Assembly (NCBI GenBank): GCA_040390065.1 | Contig: JAZJZE010000005.1 | Coordinates: forward strand, 1 to 64,000 | Direction: 5' to 3' | DNA from: a bacterium | Lineage (GTDB): Archaea; Thermoplasmatota; E2; JACPAO01; JAHFTW01 | DNA length: 64,000 bases | Part shown: in pieces, positions 31,295-40,814 of the stretch | Layout: every line of letters starts with the position of its first letter | Position numbering within the stretch: position 1 is the first letter of the stretch | The notes under the pieces: model-generated | The model's database searches: none | Seen by the model: the letters and a program-made list of their open reading frames with translations, nothing else | What the model was told of the DNA's origin: nothing | Translations under genes and position numbers: made by a program

Positions 31295-32437
31295 GTGGAC
31301 CTGCTGCGCGAGCCCCAGCCGACCTCCCTGATTGCGCAGGAGCGGGTGGAACCTGGGCCGCCGGGCCCCACGTTCGTCGGACTCGCCATGGCGATGGCTC
31401 TCGGCGCCTGCGGCGTGGCCGCGTACCTCGGCTTGCGACCGGGGGGACCATTTCCTGTGGAAGAGGCCACGGCCGGCAACCCGGGTTCGATGTATTTCCC
31501 ACTGGGCCTCCACGCGGCGCGCGGAGTGTCCGCATTTGCGGGCGGGTTCGCGGTCGCGGCGTGTGCGTTTGCAGCCCGCAGGCTATGGCACTCCGACGCC
31601 GTGGGGCTGCTCGCGGCTGCAATCCTGGCCCTTGACCCCGGCTTCATCGCCACGGCGCGCGTGGCCACGCCGGAAATGCTGGGAATCGCGGCGCTCGTTG
31701 GCGCCCTCGCGTTCCTCCTTGCTGCCGCCCCGTGGTCCCACTGGGCGGGTGCCGGACTCCTCGCCTTGGCCGCCCTGGTCGATCCCCGCACCGTGCTGTG
31801 GGGCTTGCCTCTGGCCGCAATGACGGTCCTGCGGGGCCACATCTACGCCGCCCCGCGCCACTTGGGCAAGGCCGCCCTCCAGACGGGCGCGGCGCCGCTT
31901 GCTGGCGCCCTCCTCAACCTCCTCTCTGGAGCGCCGGGTCTGGCGCTGCCGCCATGCCAGGTCCCCATCGGTTCGCGACTGCTCCTGTTGGAGGCGCCCG
32001 ACTTCGGCGGCGTCGCCGCGGTGCATGACCCCGTGACCTGGTTCGCCGGCATGGGTGCCTTGCTGCTGCTCGCGGGGGCGGCGCTGTGGATGGTCCTGAA
32101 CCAGGTCCGCATGGCGCGGCTGCCCGGACGCCTTCAGCTTCGCCTGTCGACGGGCCTGCCCGCGCCTCACGGGCGAATCCTGTGGCTCCTCGTGCTGGCG
32201 CTCGCTGCGCCGTTCGGCACGGTCTGGGTGGTCCTGTTCGCGATTGCCCTGGCGGCCGGGATCGGCCTTCTCGCTGAGGATGCTCCCGGTTTTGGTGCCA
32301 CTGTGGCTCTCGTGGTCCTCCTGTTCGGCGTGTTGGCGCTGGTGCGTGCCTGGCCGATGCTGCACTCGATGGGCGACGTGGGCGAGGCGGCATCGGGCCT
32401 GGTGCCGTGGGGAAGCCTGACGCCGTGCATCGGATAA
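31295..32437 (+). CDS. Polytopic membrane protein, divergent PMT/GT-C-like
   Basis: Many TMs; RGVSA..ARRLW..GLLAAAILALDP..ARVA and DPVTWFAG echo PMT motifs; start uncertain. Confidence 0.55.
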   Translation: MDLLREPQPTSLIAQERVEPGPPGPTFVGLAMAMALGACGVAAYLGLRPGGPFPVEEATAGNPGSMYFPLGLHAARGVSAFAGGFAVAACAFAARRLWHSDAVGLLAAAILALDPGFIATARVATPEMLGIAALVGALAFLLAAAPWSHWAGAGLLALAALVDPRTVLWGLPLAAMTVLRGHIYAAPRHLGKAALQTGAAPLAGALLNLLSGAPGLALPPCQVPIGSRLLLLEAPDFGGVAAVHDPVTWFAGMGALLLLAGAALWMVLNQVRMARLPGRLQLRLSTGLPAPHGRILWLLVLALAAPFGTVWVVLFAIALAAGIGLLAEDAPGFGATVALVVLLFGVLALVRAWPMLHSMGDVGEAASGLVPWGSLTPCIG

Positions 32438-32503
32438 CCTGGAACGGACGGGCCTTGGCTTGTCCGAGGTGGGCCATGAGGACCCTCAAGCTCAGCCCGG
32501 CCA

Positions 32504-32755
32504 TTAGGTGCCCGTAACGCCTTCGAGGTCCGCCTGCTTTCGGGCCGCCACGATACCGGCCTTCGCTTCGCGGCGATGCGCCGCCACTTGCTGGCCCTCG
32601 GTTTCACCGAGAACATCCACGGCAGCCACCACATCTTCAGCCGGTCAGGCGTTGCGCGGCCGTTCTCCTTGCAACGGGATGGATCCATGTGCAAATCGTA
32701 CCAAGTCCGCCAGGTGCGCAAGATTCTTTTGGAGCAAAATCTGAGGGTGTCCTGA
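32504..32755 (+). pseudogene. HicA-like toxin with damaged or shortened start (not in ORF track)
   Basis: LLSGRHDTGLRFAAMRRHLLALGF..IHGSHHIF..KSYQVRQVRKIL; first in-frame ATG only at 32576; TTA at the expected start. Confidence 0.65.
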
Positions 32756-32756
32756 A

Positions 32757-32969
32757 ATGAAGCCGCACTACCCAATGGTCATCGAGTGGAGCGCCGACGA
32801 CAACGTCTTCGTCGTCACCGTGCCCGACCTACCCGGCTGCATGGCACATGGCTCGACGCCTGCACGAGCGGCCGCCGAGGCCCAAGTTGCCATCCGGGGG
32901 TGGCTCGAAGTGGCCGGCGAGCTCGGGCGCCCAATCCCCCCACCCCGCACCCACATCGAGGTCGCGTAG
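32757..32969 (+). CDS. hicB: HicB-like antitoxin
   Basis: YPMVIEWS..FVVTVPDLPGCMAHGST..IPPP. Confidence 0.88.
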   Translation: MKPHYPMVIEWSADDNVFVVTVPDLPGCMAHGSTPARAAAEAQVAIRGWLEVAGELGRPIPPPRTHIEVA

Positions 32970-33267
32970 GCAGGACTTGCGTGCGCCGCAACGCCGGTCA
33001 CCCTCGCCTTCCAGGCCCCCAGCCCCATCGCCATCCGCCGACATTCCACCCCGCCCGCCACGGCCTCCGCGTCCGCGCCCGGCCGTCGACTCGCCGCCGT
33101 CGATTGGGCGCCTGGCAACCGGCCAAAGCACCCGGCACGCCGGGCAATCGAGGGGCCCGTGTTCACTCCTGGAGAAATCCCGACGACCGTGAACAGGTTC
33201 AGGTTTCCGCAACTGCAACCCTGGTCGTTTGCCGCCCCCCGACCCTTTTATGATTGAGCAGCCTCGC

Positions 33268-33274
33268 TTAAATA
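33268..33274 (+). promoter_or_regulatory. TATA box of the putative S-layer gene (long leader, SD GGAGG at 33390)
   Basis: TTAAATA about 130 nt upstream of ATG 33403; GGAGG 8 nt before ATG. Confidence 0.5.
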
Positions 33275-33402
33275 GGTCATGTTTCTAACTGGGTCCGAGT
33301 CCAAGGCTGGACCCTTACCGGTCTAGCCGCTGGCACGGGCTGTCGCCATCGGTGATGACCCGGCCCTGCGAGCAACTTGGACCACAAATGGAGGAAACAC
33401 AC

Positions 33403-35718
33403 ATGAACAACTACAGCAAAACGTTCGCTGCGGTTGCCTTGCTGGCCGTCGGTGCCCTATTCGCCCCAGTGGCGAATGCGGATGTCGGCCAGTTCGGTAC
33501 CCAAGTCGATACGTTCAACGTGGACGGCGTTCACCCGCTGTTCGTGGCCTTTACCGGCACTACGGATGGAATCACCCTAACGACGGCCTTCAAGTTCGTC
33601 GATGGCAACGGCAACGGCGCCTTCGACAGCGATGAAACGGCCTACTTGGCACCCCTCGCCGCAGCGGCGACGGTCGCGGCGTTCAACGTCCGCGCCACGG
33701 CCTACGGAACGGCGACCGCAACGGCCGCCTTCTCGCAGGTCCGCGTCACCGACACCGACTTCGGCAACCCGTACACCCAGCTGGGTGTCGCCGGCATCGC
33801 GACTTCGATCCTGAAGTTCTACGACTACAACGGTGACGGCCTCTGGAGCGTCAACGACTGGTTCTACATCGACGCCGACAATGGCGGCCGCGTCACGGCC
33901 GGCGACGTCCGCCTCGCTAGCGACCAGACGGGCGCCCTCATGTCCGGCACCCGCGTCGCCACCGGCGCTTCGGACGAGAACCGCGTCCTTGCGACGCCGG
34001 CCCTCTCGGCCCTGACGTTCTACGACTCGGACCGCAGCGGCGTCTACAACCTGGGCGACGTTCTCTACATCGCCCAGCCGGTCGCAGCCCGCGTGCTGGC
34101 AACCGGCGGCGCGACGAGCTTCGTCCGCTCCGAGGATCTCCGCCTGGGCAACCTGGGCGGCGGCTTCGGCGCCGGCAAGGTCGTCCAGCCGTCCGACGTG
34201 GACGTCGTCCACTTCGGTAGCGCGGACGCCCTGTTCAACGGCGCCGCCAACCCGGCGGGCTTCTGTTTCGTCGATGACAACGGCAACGGTGCCTTTGACG
34301 GCGGCGAGACCATGTACTTCGACCAAGGTGTCGCGGTCACGGTCAGCATCAACGACATCCGGCTGACGCCCCGCACGGCTGGCGGCACCTACGCCGCCGG
34401 CTCGCAGGTCGTCTCGTCCGACACGGACGCCGGTGTCGCCTGCACTGCCCGCGCCTTCGCGAACCTTGCCTTCTACGACAACGACGGCAACAACGCGTGG
34501 TCCGTGGACGACTGCGTCTACATTGACACGGACCTGACCGCCTCGGTCAGCCCGAGCGACGTCCGCATCTCGATGTGCGGCCTGTACGCCGCGGGGACCC
34601 GCGTCAACACGCTGGACACCGACGAGACGAAGCCGCTCATCGCGGTCGCCTTCGCCGGGTACGGAGCTGCAAGCTACGCCTTCTACGACGCCGACAACAA
34701 CGCCGCTTACAACACCGGCGACACCGTGTACCTGCAGCAGACCACCAACGCGGCTGCCCAGGTCATGATGCAGGAGGACCTGCGCTTCAACAAGCTCGGG
34801 ACCCTGTACGGCGAAGGCCAGTTCGTCAAGTTCGACAGCATGGACATCACCTACCTGTCGGCTGGCGCCCCCGCCGTCGCGACGTTCATGTTCTTGGACG
34901 ACAACGGCAACGGTGCCTTTGACACCGGCGAGCGCATGTACCTCGACTACGGCGCAGCTGGTGCCGGCGTCGTGAGCATCGGCGACATCCTCGTCAGCCC
35001 TGGCTCGGGCACCGGCAACCCCGGCGACCAGATCCTGGGCTCGAACGGCCAGATTGGCTCCCCGCTCATCGCGGGTACCATCCCGGCCGGCGCTGCGGCA
35101 ATCAAGTACTACGACAACAACGGCGATGGCGTCTGGAGCAACGCGGACCACTTCTACGTGGACGTTGTCGCCCCCGCGACGAACCAGATCTCCGCTGGCG
35201 ATGTCCGCATCACGGCCCACGACGGCAAGGCTGTCGGCTCCCGCGTCCAGTCTAGTGAAATGGACGAAGGCCGCACGCTCAAGGTCGTGCCCGCGAACGC
35301 GGCTCTGTCGTTCTTCGACGTCGACAAGAGCGGTGTCTACAACGTGTGCGACCAGGTCTACTTCGGCCAGGTCGCCCTCGGTGCCGGCGCGTTCTTCGCC
35401 GTCGAGGACGGCCGCCTCGGCGGCACCGCCTCGGTCTGCGCCATGCAGGCAACCCCCGTGGTGCCCCCGGTTACGCCCCCAGTGACGCCCCCGGTTACGC
35501 CCCCGGTTACGCCCCCAGTGACGCCGCCGGTGACCCCACCGGTTACGCCGCCGGTGACGCCCCCGGTGACGCCCCCGGTGACGCCCCCGGTGACGCCCCC
35601 GGTGACCCCGGGTGCAACGCCGGCCGCGAGCCCCACGCCCCAGACCCCCGGCTTTGAGCTGGTGGCCTTGGTCGCCGCTCTCGGCGCAGCGCTGGTCCTG
35701 GTCCGCCGAAAGGCGTAA
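33403..35718 (+). CDS. PGF-CTERM cell-surface (S-layer-like) protein with nine Asp-rich Ca-binding-like repeats
   Basis: Signal peptide; DxNGNG/DxDxSG repeats; (PPVT)12; TPGFELVALVAALGAALVLVRRKA archaeosortase A signal. Confidence 0.88.
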   Translation: MNNYSKTFAAVALLAVGALFAPVANADVGQFGTQVDTFNVDGVHPLFVAFTGTTDGITLTTAFKFVDGNGNGAFDSDETAYLAPLAAAATVAAFNVRATAYGTATATAAFSQVRVTDTDFGNPYTQLGVAGIATSILKFYDYNGDGLWSVNDWFYIDADNGGRVTAGDVRLASDQTGALMSGTRVATGASDENRVLATPALSALTFYDSDRSGVYNLGDVLYIAQPVAARVLATGGATSFVRSEDLRLGNLGGGFGAGKVVQPSDVDVVHFGSADALFNGAANPAGFCFVDDNGNGAFDGGETMYFDQGVAVTVSINDIRLTPRTAGGTYAAGSQVVSSDTDAGVACTARAFANLAFYDNDGNNAWSVDDCVYIDTDLTASVSPSDVRISMCGLYAAGTRVNTLDTDETKPLIAVAFAGYGAASYAFYDADNNAAYNTGDTVYLQQTTNAAAQVMMQEDLRFNKLGTLYGEGQFVKFDSMDITYLSAGAPAVATFMFLDDNGNGAFDTGERMYLDYGAAGAGVVSIGDILVSPGSGTGNPGDQILGSNGQIGSPLIAGTIPAGAAAIKYYDNNGDGVWSNADHFYVDVVAPATNQISAGDVRITAHDGKAVGSRVQSSEMDEGRTLKVVPANAALSFFDVDKSGVYNVCDQVYFGQVALGAGAFFAVEDGRLGGTASVCAMQATPVVPPVTPPVTPPVTPPVTPPVTPPVTPPVTPPVTPPVTPPVTPPVTPPVTPGATPAASPTPQTPGFELVALVAALGAALVLVRRKA
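35464..35607 (+). repeat. 12 x 12-nt coding tandem repeat (PPVT)
   Basis: CCN CCR GTK ACS units counted directly. Confidence 0.92.
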
Positions 35719-35732
35719 TCAGGTCGGTAGAA

Positions 35733-35772
35733 TCCCTTTCCCCCTCTTTCCCCTCTTTCCTTCCTGTTTTTT
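35733..35772 (+). terminator. Pyrimidine tract plus T7 terminator
   Basis: TCCCTTTCCCCTCTTTCCCCTCTTTCCTTCCTGTTTTTTT after the stop. Confidence 0.7.
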
Positions 35773-35908
35773 TGGTTCCTGAATTCGGACAGGCTTTGGC
35801 GTGAACGACGCGCTTCTTCAGGCCCCCGCGCTTCGCCGACACATGGCTCGACCCACGAAGCGACCGCCCTCCGAAATCGTTAAGGCCGCCCCCGCTGACA
35901 GTGGAGTG

Positions 35909-36139
35909 ATGGCCGGCACGTCCTTCCAGGTCCGCATCGACCATGACCCGGAGGACGGCCTGTTTTACGTGGAATGCCTGAACCTCCAGGGCTGCCATAC
36001 GTTCGGCGAAACGCGCGCCGAGGCCCTTGAGAAAATCAAGGAAGTCATCGCCGGCCACCTAGCTGTTTCGCTACACGTTGGTGCCGCGTCCGCGAAAGGG
36101 CCGTCCGGCGGCCCGGACGTGGTCGAGCTCGTGGCATGA
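35909..36139 (+). CDS. hicB: HicB-like antitoxin
   Basis: EDGLFYVEC..LQGCHTFGETRAEALEKIKEVI. Confidence 0.85.
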   Translation: MAGTSFQVRIDHDPEDGLFYVECLNLQGCHTFGETRAEALEKIKEVIAGHLAVSLHVGAASAKGPSGGPDVVELVA

Positions 36140-36366
36140 GTCGGCTCCGCCCGATTCCGGCGCGCAAGGTCGAACGGGTTCTTCGCAGGCTGGGCTTCGT
36201 CCTCGCTCGCACCGTCGGGTCGCATCGAATCTACCTGCACCCCGCAACCGGGCGCCGGACCACCGTCGCATTCCACGGCGGCGGCGAAGAAATCCCCGCG
36301 GGGACCATGAAATCCATCCTTGCCGACATCGCCTTGGAATGGGCGCAATTCGAGAAACTCCTCTAG
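36136..36366 (+). CDS. hicA: HicA toxin
   Basis: LRRLGF..RTVGSH..TTVAFH..EIPAGTMKSIL; ATGA overlap with hicB. Confidence 0.9.
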   Translation: MSRLRPIPARKVERVLRRLGFVLARTVGSHRIYLHPATGRRTTVAFHGGGEEIPAGTMKSILADIALEWAQFEKLL

Positions 36367-36574
36367 CCGTTGAAGGGCCCAGTCGACCCGGATGACGTCG
36401 CCCGGACGCCCACGGGGACCCCGACAGTGATGCCTATGGTCACCCCGACGATCCTTCCTCTTCTGGTCTGCAACTCCTCGCGGCGGTACCCCTGCCTGGA
36501 TGCTGCTCGCAGCGTTCGGTCGCAGCCAGCCGTTCGCCGTACCGTTAAATCGGCGTACGGACTAGGATGCTGCC

Positions 36575-37864
36575 ATGGAGGTTCCCACCCCGCCCGTACC
36601 CGTTGGCGGCCCGCTGCGGCCACGCCATCGCGGCCTCGGCTGGGAAGTCGGCGCCATCGCGCTCGCGGCCCTGACGATCGGGGCGGCCATCCTGGTGCCC
36701 CAAATGATTGGCGGCAGCAACGCCATGAACGCCGCAGCGCAGATGCCCGCCGAAGGCCCCATCATCGTGGGCTTCATGGCGAACACCGGGCCTTCCAACG
36801 CGACCGCGATTCGGGCGGGTTGCCTGAAGGTGGACGGCACGAACGACTTCGACTGCATCGAAGCCGACCTCGAGGCCGTGCTGCGCGCCGAGGGCTCCGA
36901 AGTCGCTTTCAAGGTCCTCGAAGACATGACCAAGCTCGATCGCGCCATCGAGGCGGACGGCCACCCGCTGGCGCACGGCCTTGGAAGGACGGCGCTCACG
37001 GTCTACGGCGGCCCGCGCACGGCGCTGCACTACTGCCCGTACGTCCTGTCCTCGGGTTGCTTCCACGGCGTGCAGCAGGCCTACTTCGACTCGCTGCCCA
37101 AGATGGAGACCTACATCATCCAGGGCCTGTGCGTGAGCGACGATTCCAGTTGGCGCTTCCAATGCCTGCACGGCATGGGCCACGGGCTCGAACTGTACAC
37201 GAACTACGACCTCAACCGGACGCTTGCCTACTGCGACCTCCTGGATGGTTGGCTTGCCATCGAGTCCTGCCAGGGCGGCGCGTTCATGGAGAACCTCGTC
37301 GGCTACATCGACTCGCAGTCGCCCACGCCGGCGGGCGGCCACAACCACGGCGGCCCCGTTCGCCCCACGCCGGTCTTCCTCGTGAAGCCAAGCGACCCGG
37401 CGTTCCCATGCGACGTCATGGCGGAACCGTACCTCAAGACGTGCTACTACCTGCAGTCGTCGGTGACGCTGCGCTTCAACGGCTTCGACTTCGACGGCGT
37501 CGTGCGCATGTGCCAAGGCGCGCCCACGCGCTACACGGACGTCTGCTTCACCAGCATGGGCCGCGACGCGGGTGCCTCGGTGCGCATGGACCCGGGCGCG
37601 ACTTCGGCGCTGTGCGAGAAGGCCACGCAGGTGCAGGCCGAGGCATGCATCCGCGGTTTCATCGGCGGGGTCGTGAACGACCACAGCGACGCGAACGACT
37701 CCATCCCTGCGTGCCACGACGTCCACCAGCAGTTGAAGGAGGCGTGCTACACGCAGGCCGGCGTGTCCGCCAAGGGAATGCTCGACGCGCAGGCCGTCGG
37801 CCTTCTGTGCAGCCGCGCCGAAGACGGATTCGTCGCCGCATGCCTTCGCGGTGCCGCGTTCTAG
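36575..37864 (+). CDS. Membrane-anchored Cys/His-rich helical repeat protein
   Basis: N-terminal TM; HPLAHGLG, GCFHG, CLHGMGHG, CQGGAFMEN repeats. Confidence 0.78.
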   Translation: MEVPTPPVPVGGPLRPRHRGLGWEVGAIALAALTIGAAILVPQMIGGSNAMNAAAQMPAEGPIIVGFMANTGPSNATAIRAGCLKVDGTNDFDCIEADLEAVLRAEGSEVAFKVLEDMTKLDRAIEADGHPLAHGLGRTALTVYGGPRTALHYCPYVLSSGCFHGVQQAYFDSLPKMETYIIQGLCVSDDSSWRFQCLHGMGHGLELYTNYDLNRTLAYCDLLDGWLAIESCQGGAFMENLVGYIDSQSPTPAGGHNHGGPVRPTPVFLVKPSDPAFPCDVMAEPYLKTCYYLQSSVTLRFNGFDFDGVVRMCQGAPTRYTDVCFTSMGRDAGASVRMDPGATSALCEKATQVQAEACIRGFIGGVVNDHSDANDSIPACHDVHQQLKEACYTQAGVSAKGMLDAQAVGLLCSRAEDGFVAACLRGAAF

Positions 37865-40110
37865 GACGCGCTTGGCGTAGCCTGGGCGCCCCACTGCATG
37901 ACGACGCTCACCTGGGAGCCCGACATCGTGTTCTGCACGAAGCGCCCGATCTCGTGGTAGCAGACGTACTCTTCAGTGGGCTTGTTGACCACGATGAGGA
38001 AATCAGGATGCGACGGCCGATTGCAGGACAGCCCCGGCTCGTAGCCGTCGACGCGCACGTCGAACGTGGGCATGTACGTGAACTGGGCGTACTTGTTCGT
38101 GCCACCGTCGAGGGCGAGCTCCATGCCCGGCTGCAGTTTTCCGTCGAGGAACTGCACGGCGTCGTCCGTGCTGGTGCGCGTGGGCGCCATCAAGATGTAC
38201 GCGGAGAACAACAGCAGCGTCAACGCCAGTGCAGCGACTCGCCCCTTCGTCGCCGGGTCGTGCGGCTCGGCGCGGCCAAGGGCCAGCCACAACAGGGGAA
38301 GGAAGGCGATGACGACGTAGCGGTGGTTGTCGAACCAGAACAGGAGAGTCTTCTCCACGACCCAAAGCTGCGACGCGATGACCCAGGCGATGACGAAGAC
38401 CAGCCCGACGGCGAGCCACAACGCCATCTCACGCTCCTCGCGGATACGCCGCAGGGACGCGCCCAGTTGCGGGAACAAGAACGCGGCGTACCAGAGGAGG
38501 TACAGGGTGAACAGGAGACTCTTGTAGCCGAGGGCCTTGGCGAAGAGGTCGGGCTGCGCCGACGCCGCGGCCCCAGCGGAGGCGATGTCCTGCGCCGTCT
38601 CCCAAGCGGGCCATCCGTGCAGCGTCCCATTGCGCGCCGTCCAGGCCCACGCGAGCGCCCAGACGGCACACGCGGCGACGCCGCCAAGCCAGTACGCACG
38701 CATGCGGCTTGCAGCCGACTGCCTCGGCCGGCCCATCCAGAATAAACCCAACAACAGGAGGCCGCCGCCGGCGACGATGAGCATGTCCTTCGACGACGAC
38801 GAGAGCCACGACACGGCGCCCCCGGGGCCGAAGAGCGAACCGGGGCCGTCCCAGGGCGGGTAGCCCCCGAACAGGCGCACGTTGCGGTCCGCCCACACGG
38901 CGACGCACGCGGCGAAGACGGCGATGGCCCCGACGTACCAGCGATTGGTGAGCACGCGCCAGCCGAGGAAGTGGAAGCGCCAGAGCAAGCCGCCCACACC
39001 GGCCACGACGAAGAACGGGCCGATGCTGGAGCGTGTGAGGTAGGCAAGGCCCGCGGCGGCGCCGGCCGCGAGGATGTACGGCGGCTTCTCCAGGCTCTTC
39101 AGGATGGCCCACAGTGTCACGGCGAAGAGCAGGAGGACGAGGTTCTCGCTGAAGCCGGTCCCCGTGCTCCAGATGAGATGGGGCTCGACGGCGAGGATGG
39201 AGGTCACGAGCAGGGCGCGGCCCCGTCCGAACAGGCTGGCACTCGTGAAGTACACGGTCGTAAGTGCTGCCAGAGCCATCGTGACGGCCGCGATCTTCGT
39301 CTGCAGCACGCCGAAGCCGATGACGGTGTACACGAGGCCGAGGTACAGCGGGTACATGGGCGGGTAATGGTGGCTGTAGCCCGGCGTGGAGCCGATCCAC
39401 GTCGTGACGTCGCCGTACGGCATCAGGAACTCGTGGTGCTCCATCCACGCCTTGCCCATCGCCGAGTACGTCCCACCGTCCGCCCAGATGTCCATCGACC
39501 AGATGGTAGCAACACGCAGTACGACGCCGATGGCGATGACCATGAGTGCTGCCCCCGTGAGCGGCACGCGGTCGATGAGGCGACGAATGCGCTGGCCGTA
39601 CGCCGTCCACGCGCGGCCCTCGCTTGCCGCCCGCCACGCAGCGCCGGAAAAGTACGGGTCGCAGCCGCGCGACAACGCGAGGAGGCCAGCCAGAAGGATG
39701 CACGCAGCGGCCGCGGCGTTGGACAGGTTCGGGTCCGGCGCGTACAGCCCACGATGCCACAGGCCGTACGCGCTCGCAACGAAGGCGCCGCATGCCAGGA
39801 CCCGGGCGCGACGCGAGCCCCACGCGAGGGCAAGGCCGACGACGGGGAGGATGACCGCGAGCACCGCCAGGATGTCCAACGACAGGCGCGGGTGCCGCCA
39901 CATGGCGCCGTAGAGTTCGCCGTCGACGCGTTGGATGTCCAGCCATTGGCCGGCACGGATCTGGCCGATTCCCCACAACGGAATCGCGGCCAGCAGGGCA
40001 GTCCCAGCCGCGGCAATCGTCACCAGAAGCGGGCGCGGCGGCGACGGGCGGCCGGGGGCGAGGGCCGCGGAGGCAACCTCCGGACCGGTCGTCTGGGGCA
40101 TGGCTGCCAT
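37861..40110 (-). CDS. GT-C fold glycosyltransferase (ArnT/PMT_2-like)
   Basis: ADGGTY acidic loop, HYPPMYP, FSENL, LAYLTR, RY; many TMs; TTATA about 30 nt upstream. Confidence 0.82.
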   Translation of the reverse strand: MAAMPQTTGPEVASAALAPGRPSPPRPLLVTIAAAGTALLAAIPLWGIGQIRAGQWLDIQRVDGELYGAMWRHPRLSLDILAVLAVILPVVGLALAWGSRRARVLACGAFVASAYGLWHRGLYAPDPNLSNAAAAACILLAGLLALSRGCDPYFSGAAWRAASEGRAWTAYGQRIRRLIDRVPLTGAALMVIAIGVVLRVATIWSMDIWADGGTYSAMGKAWMEHHEFLMPYGDVTTWIGSTPGYSHHYPPMYPLYLGLVYTVIGFGVLQTKIAAVTMALAALTTVYFTSASLFGRGRALLVTSILAVEPHLIWSTGTGFSENLVLLLFAVTLWAILKSLEKPPYILAAGAAAGLAYLTRSSIGPFFVVAGVGGLLWRFHFLGWRVLTNRWYVGAIAVFAACVAVWADRNVRLFGGYPPWDGPGSLFGPGGAVSWLSSSSKDMLIVAGGGLLLLGLFWMGRPRQSAASRMRAYWLGGVAACAVWALAWAWTARNGTLHGWPAWETAQDIASAGAAASAQPDLFAKALGYKSLLFTLYLLWYAAFLFPQLGASLRRIREEREMALWLAVGLVFVIAWVIASQLWVVEKTLLFWFDNHRYVVIAFLPLLWLALGRAEPHDPATKGRVAALALTLLLFSAYILMAPTRTSTDDAVQFLDGKLQPGMELALDGGTNKYAQFTYMPTFDVRVDGYEPGLSCNRPSHPDFLIVVNKPTEEYVCYHEIGRFVQNTMSGSQVSVVMQWGAQATPSAS

Positions 40111-40238
40111 CGTCGATTCGTGCCGAGTGGCTGGCGCCGTATAAGCGGCCACATTGCGACGCCGAGGCGGCCTTGCGCCAGGGGCCATGCAAGGGCAATC
40201 CAGCAAAGCTTGAATGAGGGTGCCCAGTGGCGCAGCCG

Positions 40239-40763
40239 ATGAACCCGACGCCCCTTGCCGTCGTCTTCCTGCTTGCCTGCGCCGTTCTGGCCGGTTGTGC
40301 AGGCGCGCCCGACGTCACGCCCGAGGAGTTGGCCTCCCACACGACGCCGCTTTCCGCCATGTCCGGCATGCAGGCGCTGCCCATCGGCGCATCGGCCACG
40401 GAGTTCAAGGACTACGGGATGACGACCAACCCGGGGACGGCCAACCCCGCGAAATTCCCCAACTTCAACGGCGCAACCCCGAAGGCCGCATACGGCGAGA
40501 TCCTCCAGGAGGGCAACAACTCGCAGCACCGGCTCTACGTCTTCGCGTTGTCGTTCTCGTCGGCCGACGCCGCGGCGGGCTTCGTGCAGGACGGCAAGGC
40601 CTGCGGCAACCCGAACGCCCGGGCGTACACGAAGGATGGCGCCACCTTGACCCAGTTCGTCTACGTCGCCCTCGACGGCCAGACGGACAACACGCTCATC
40701 GCCCACTGGCACAGCGCCATCCAGGACGTCATGGCCCGCACCGGCGCCACGAACGCTTGCTAG
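40239..40763 (+). CDS. Hypothetical lipoprotein
   Basis: LAGC lipobox. Confidence 0.72.
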   Translation: MNPTPLAVVFLLACAVLAGCAGAPDVTPEELASHTTPLSAMSGMQALPIGASATEFKDYGMTTNPGTANPAKFPNFNGATPKAAYGEILQEGNNSQHRLYVFALSFSSADAAAGFVQDGKACGNPNARAYTKDGATLTQFVYVALDGQTDNTLIAHWHSAIQDVMARTGATNAC

Positions 40764-40814
40764 AGGCCTCCCTGGTTCGAGTCCTTTATACGAGGGTTGT
40801 CCATCAGGGGACTC

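Noticed and set aside
32970-33240. C-rich intergenic stretch as a gene or ncRNA
   Set aside because: No coherent ORF or recognisable RNA motif
35464-35607. Tandem repeats as a CRISPR array (also 43120-43262 and 13215-13280)
   Set aside because: In-frame Pro/Thr linkers with synonymous variation, no spacers, no cas genes
36390-36460. TPTGTPTVMPMVTPT-coding stretch as a remnant of another Pro/Thr linker
   Set aside because: Too short and low-complexity to distinguish from chance
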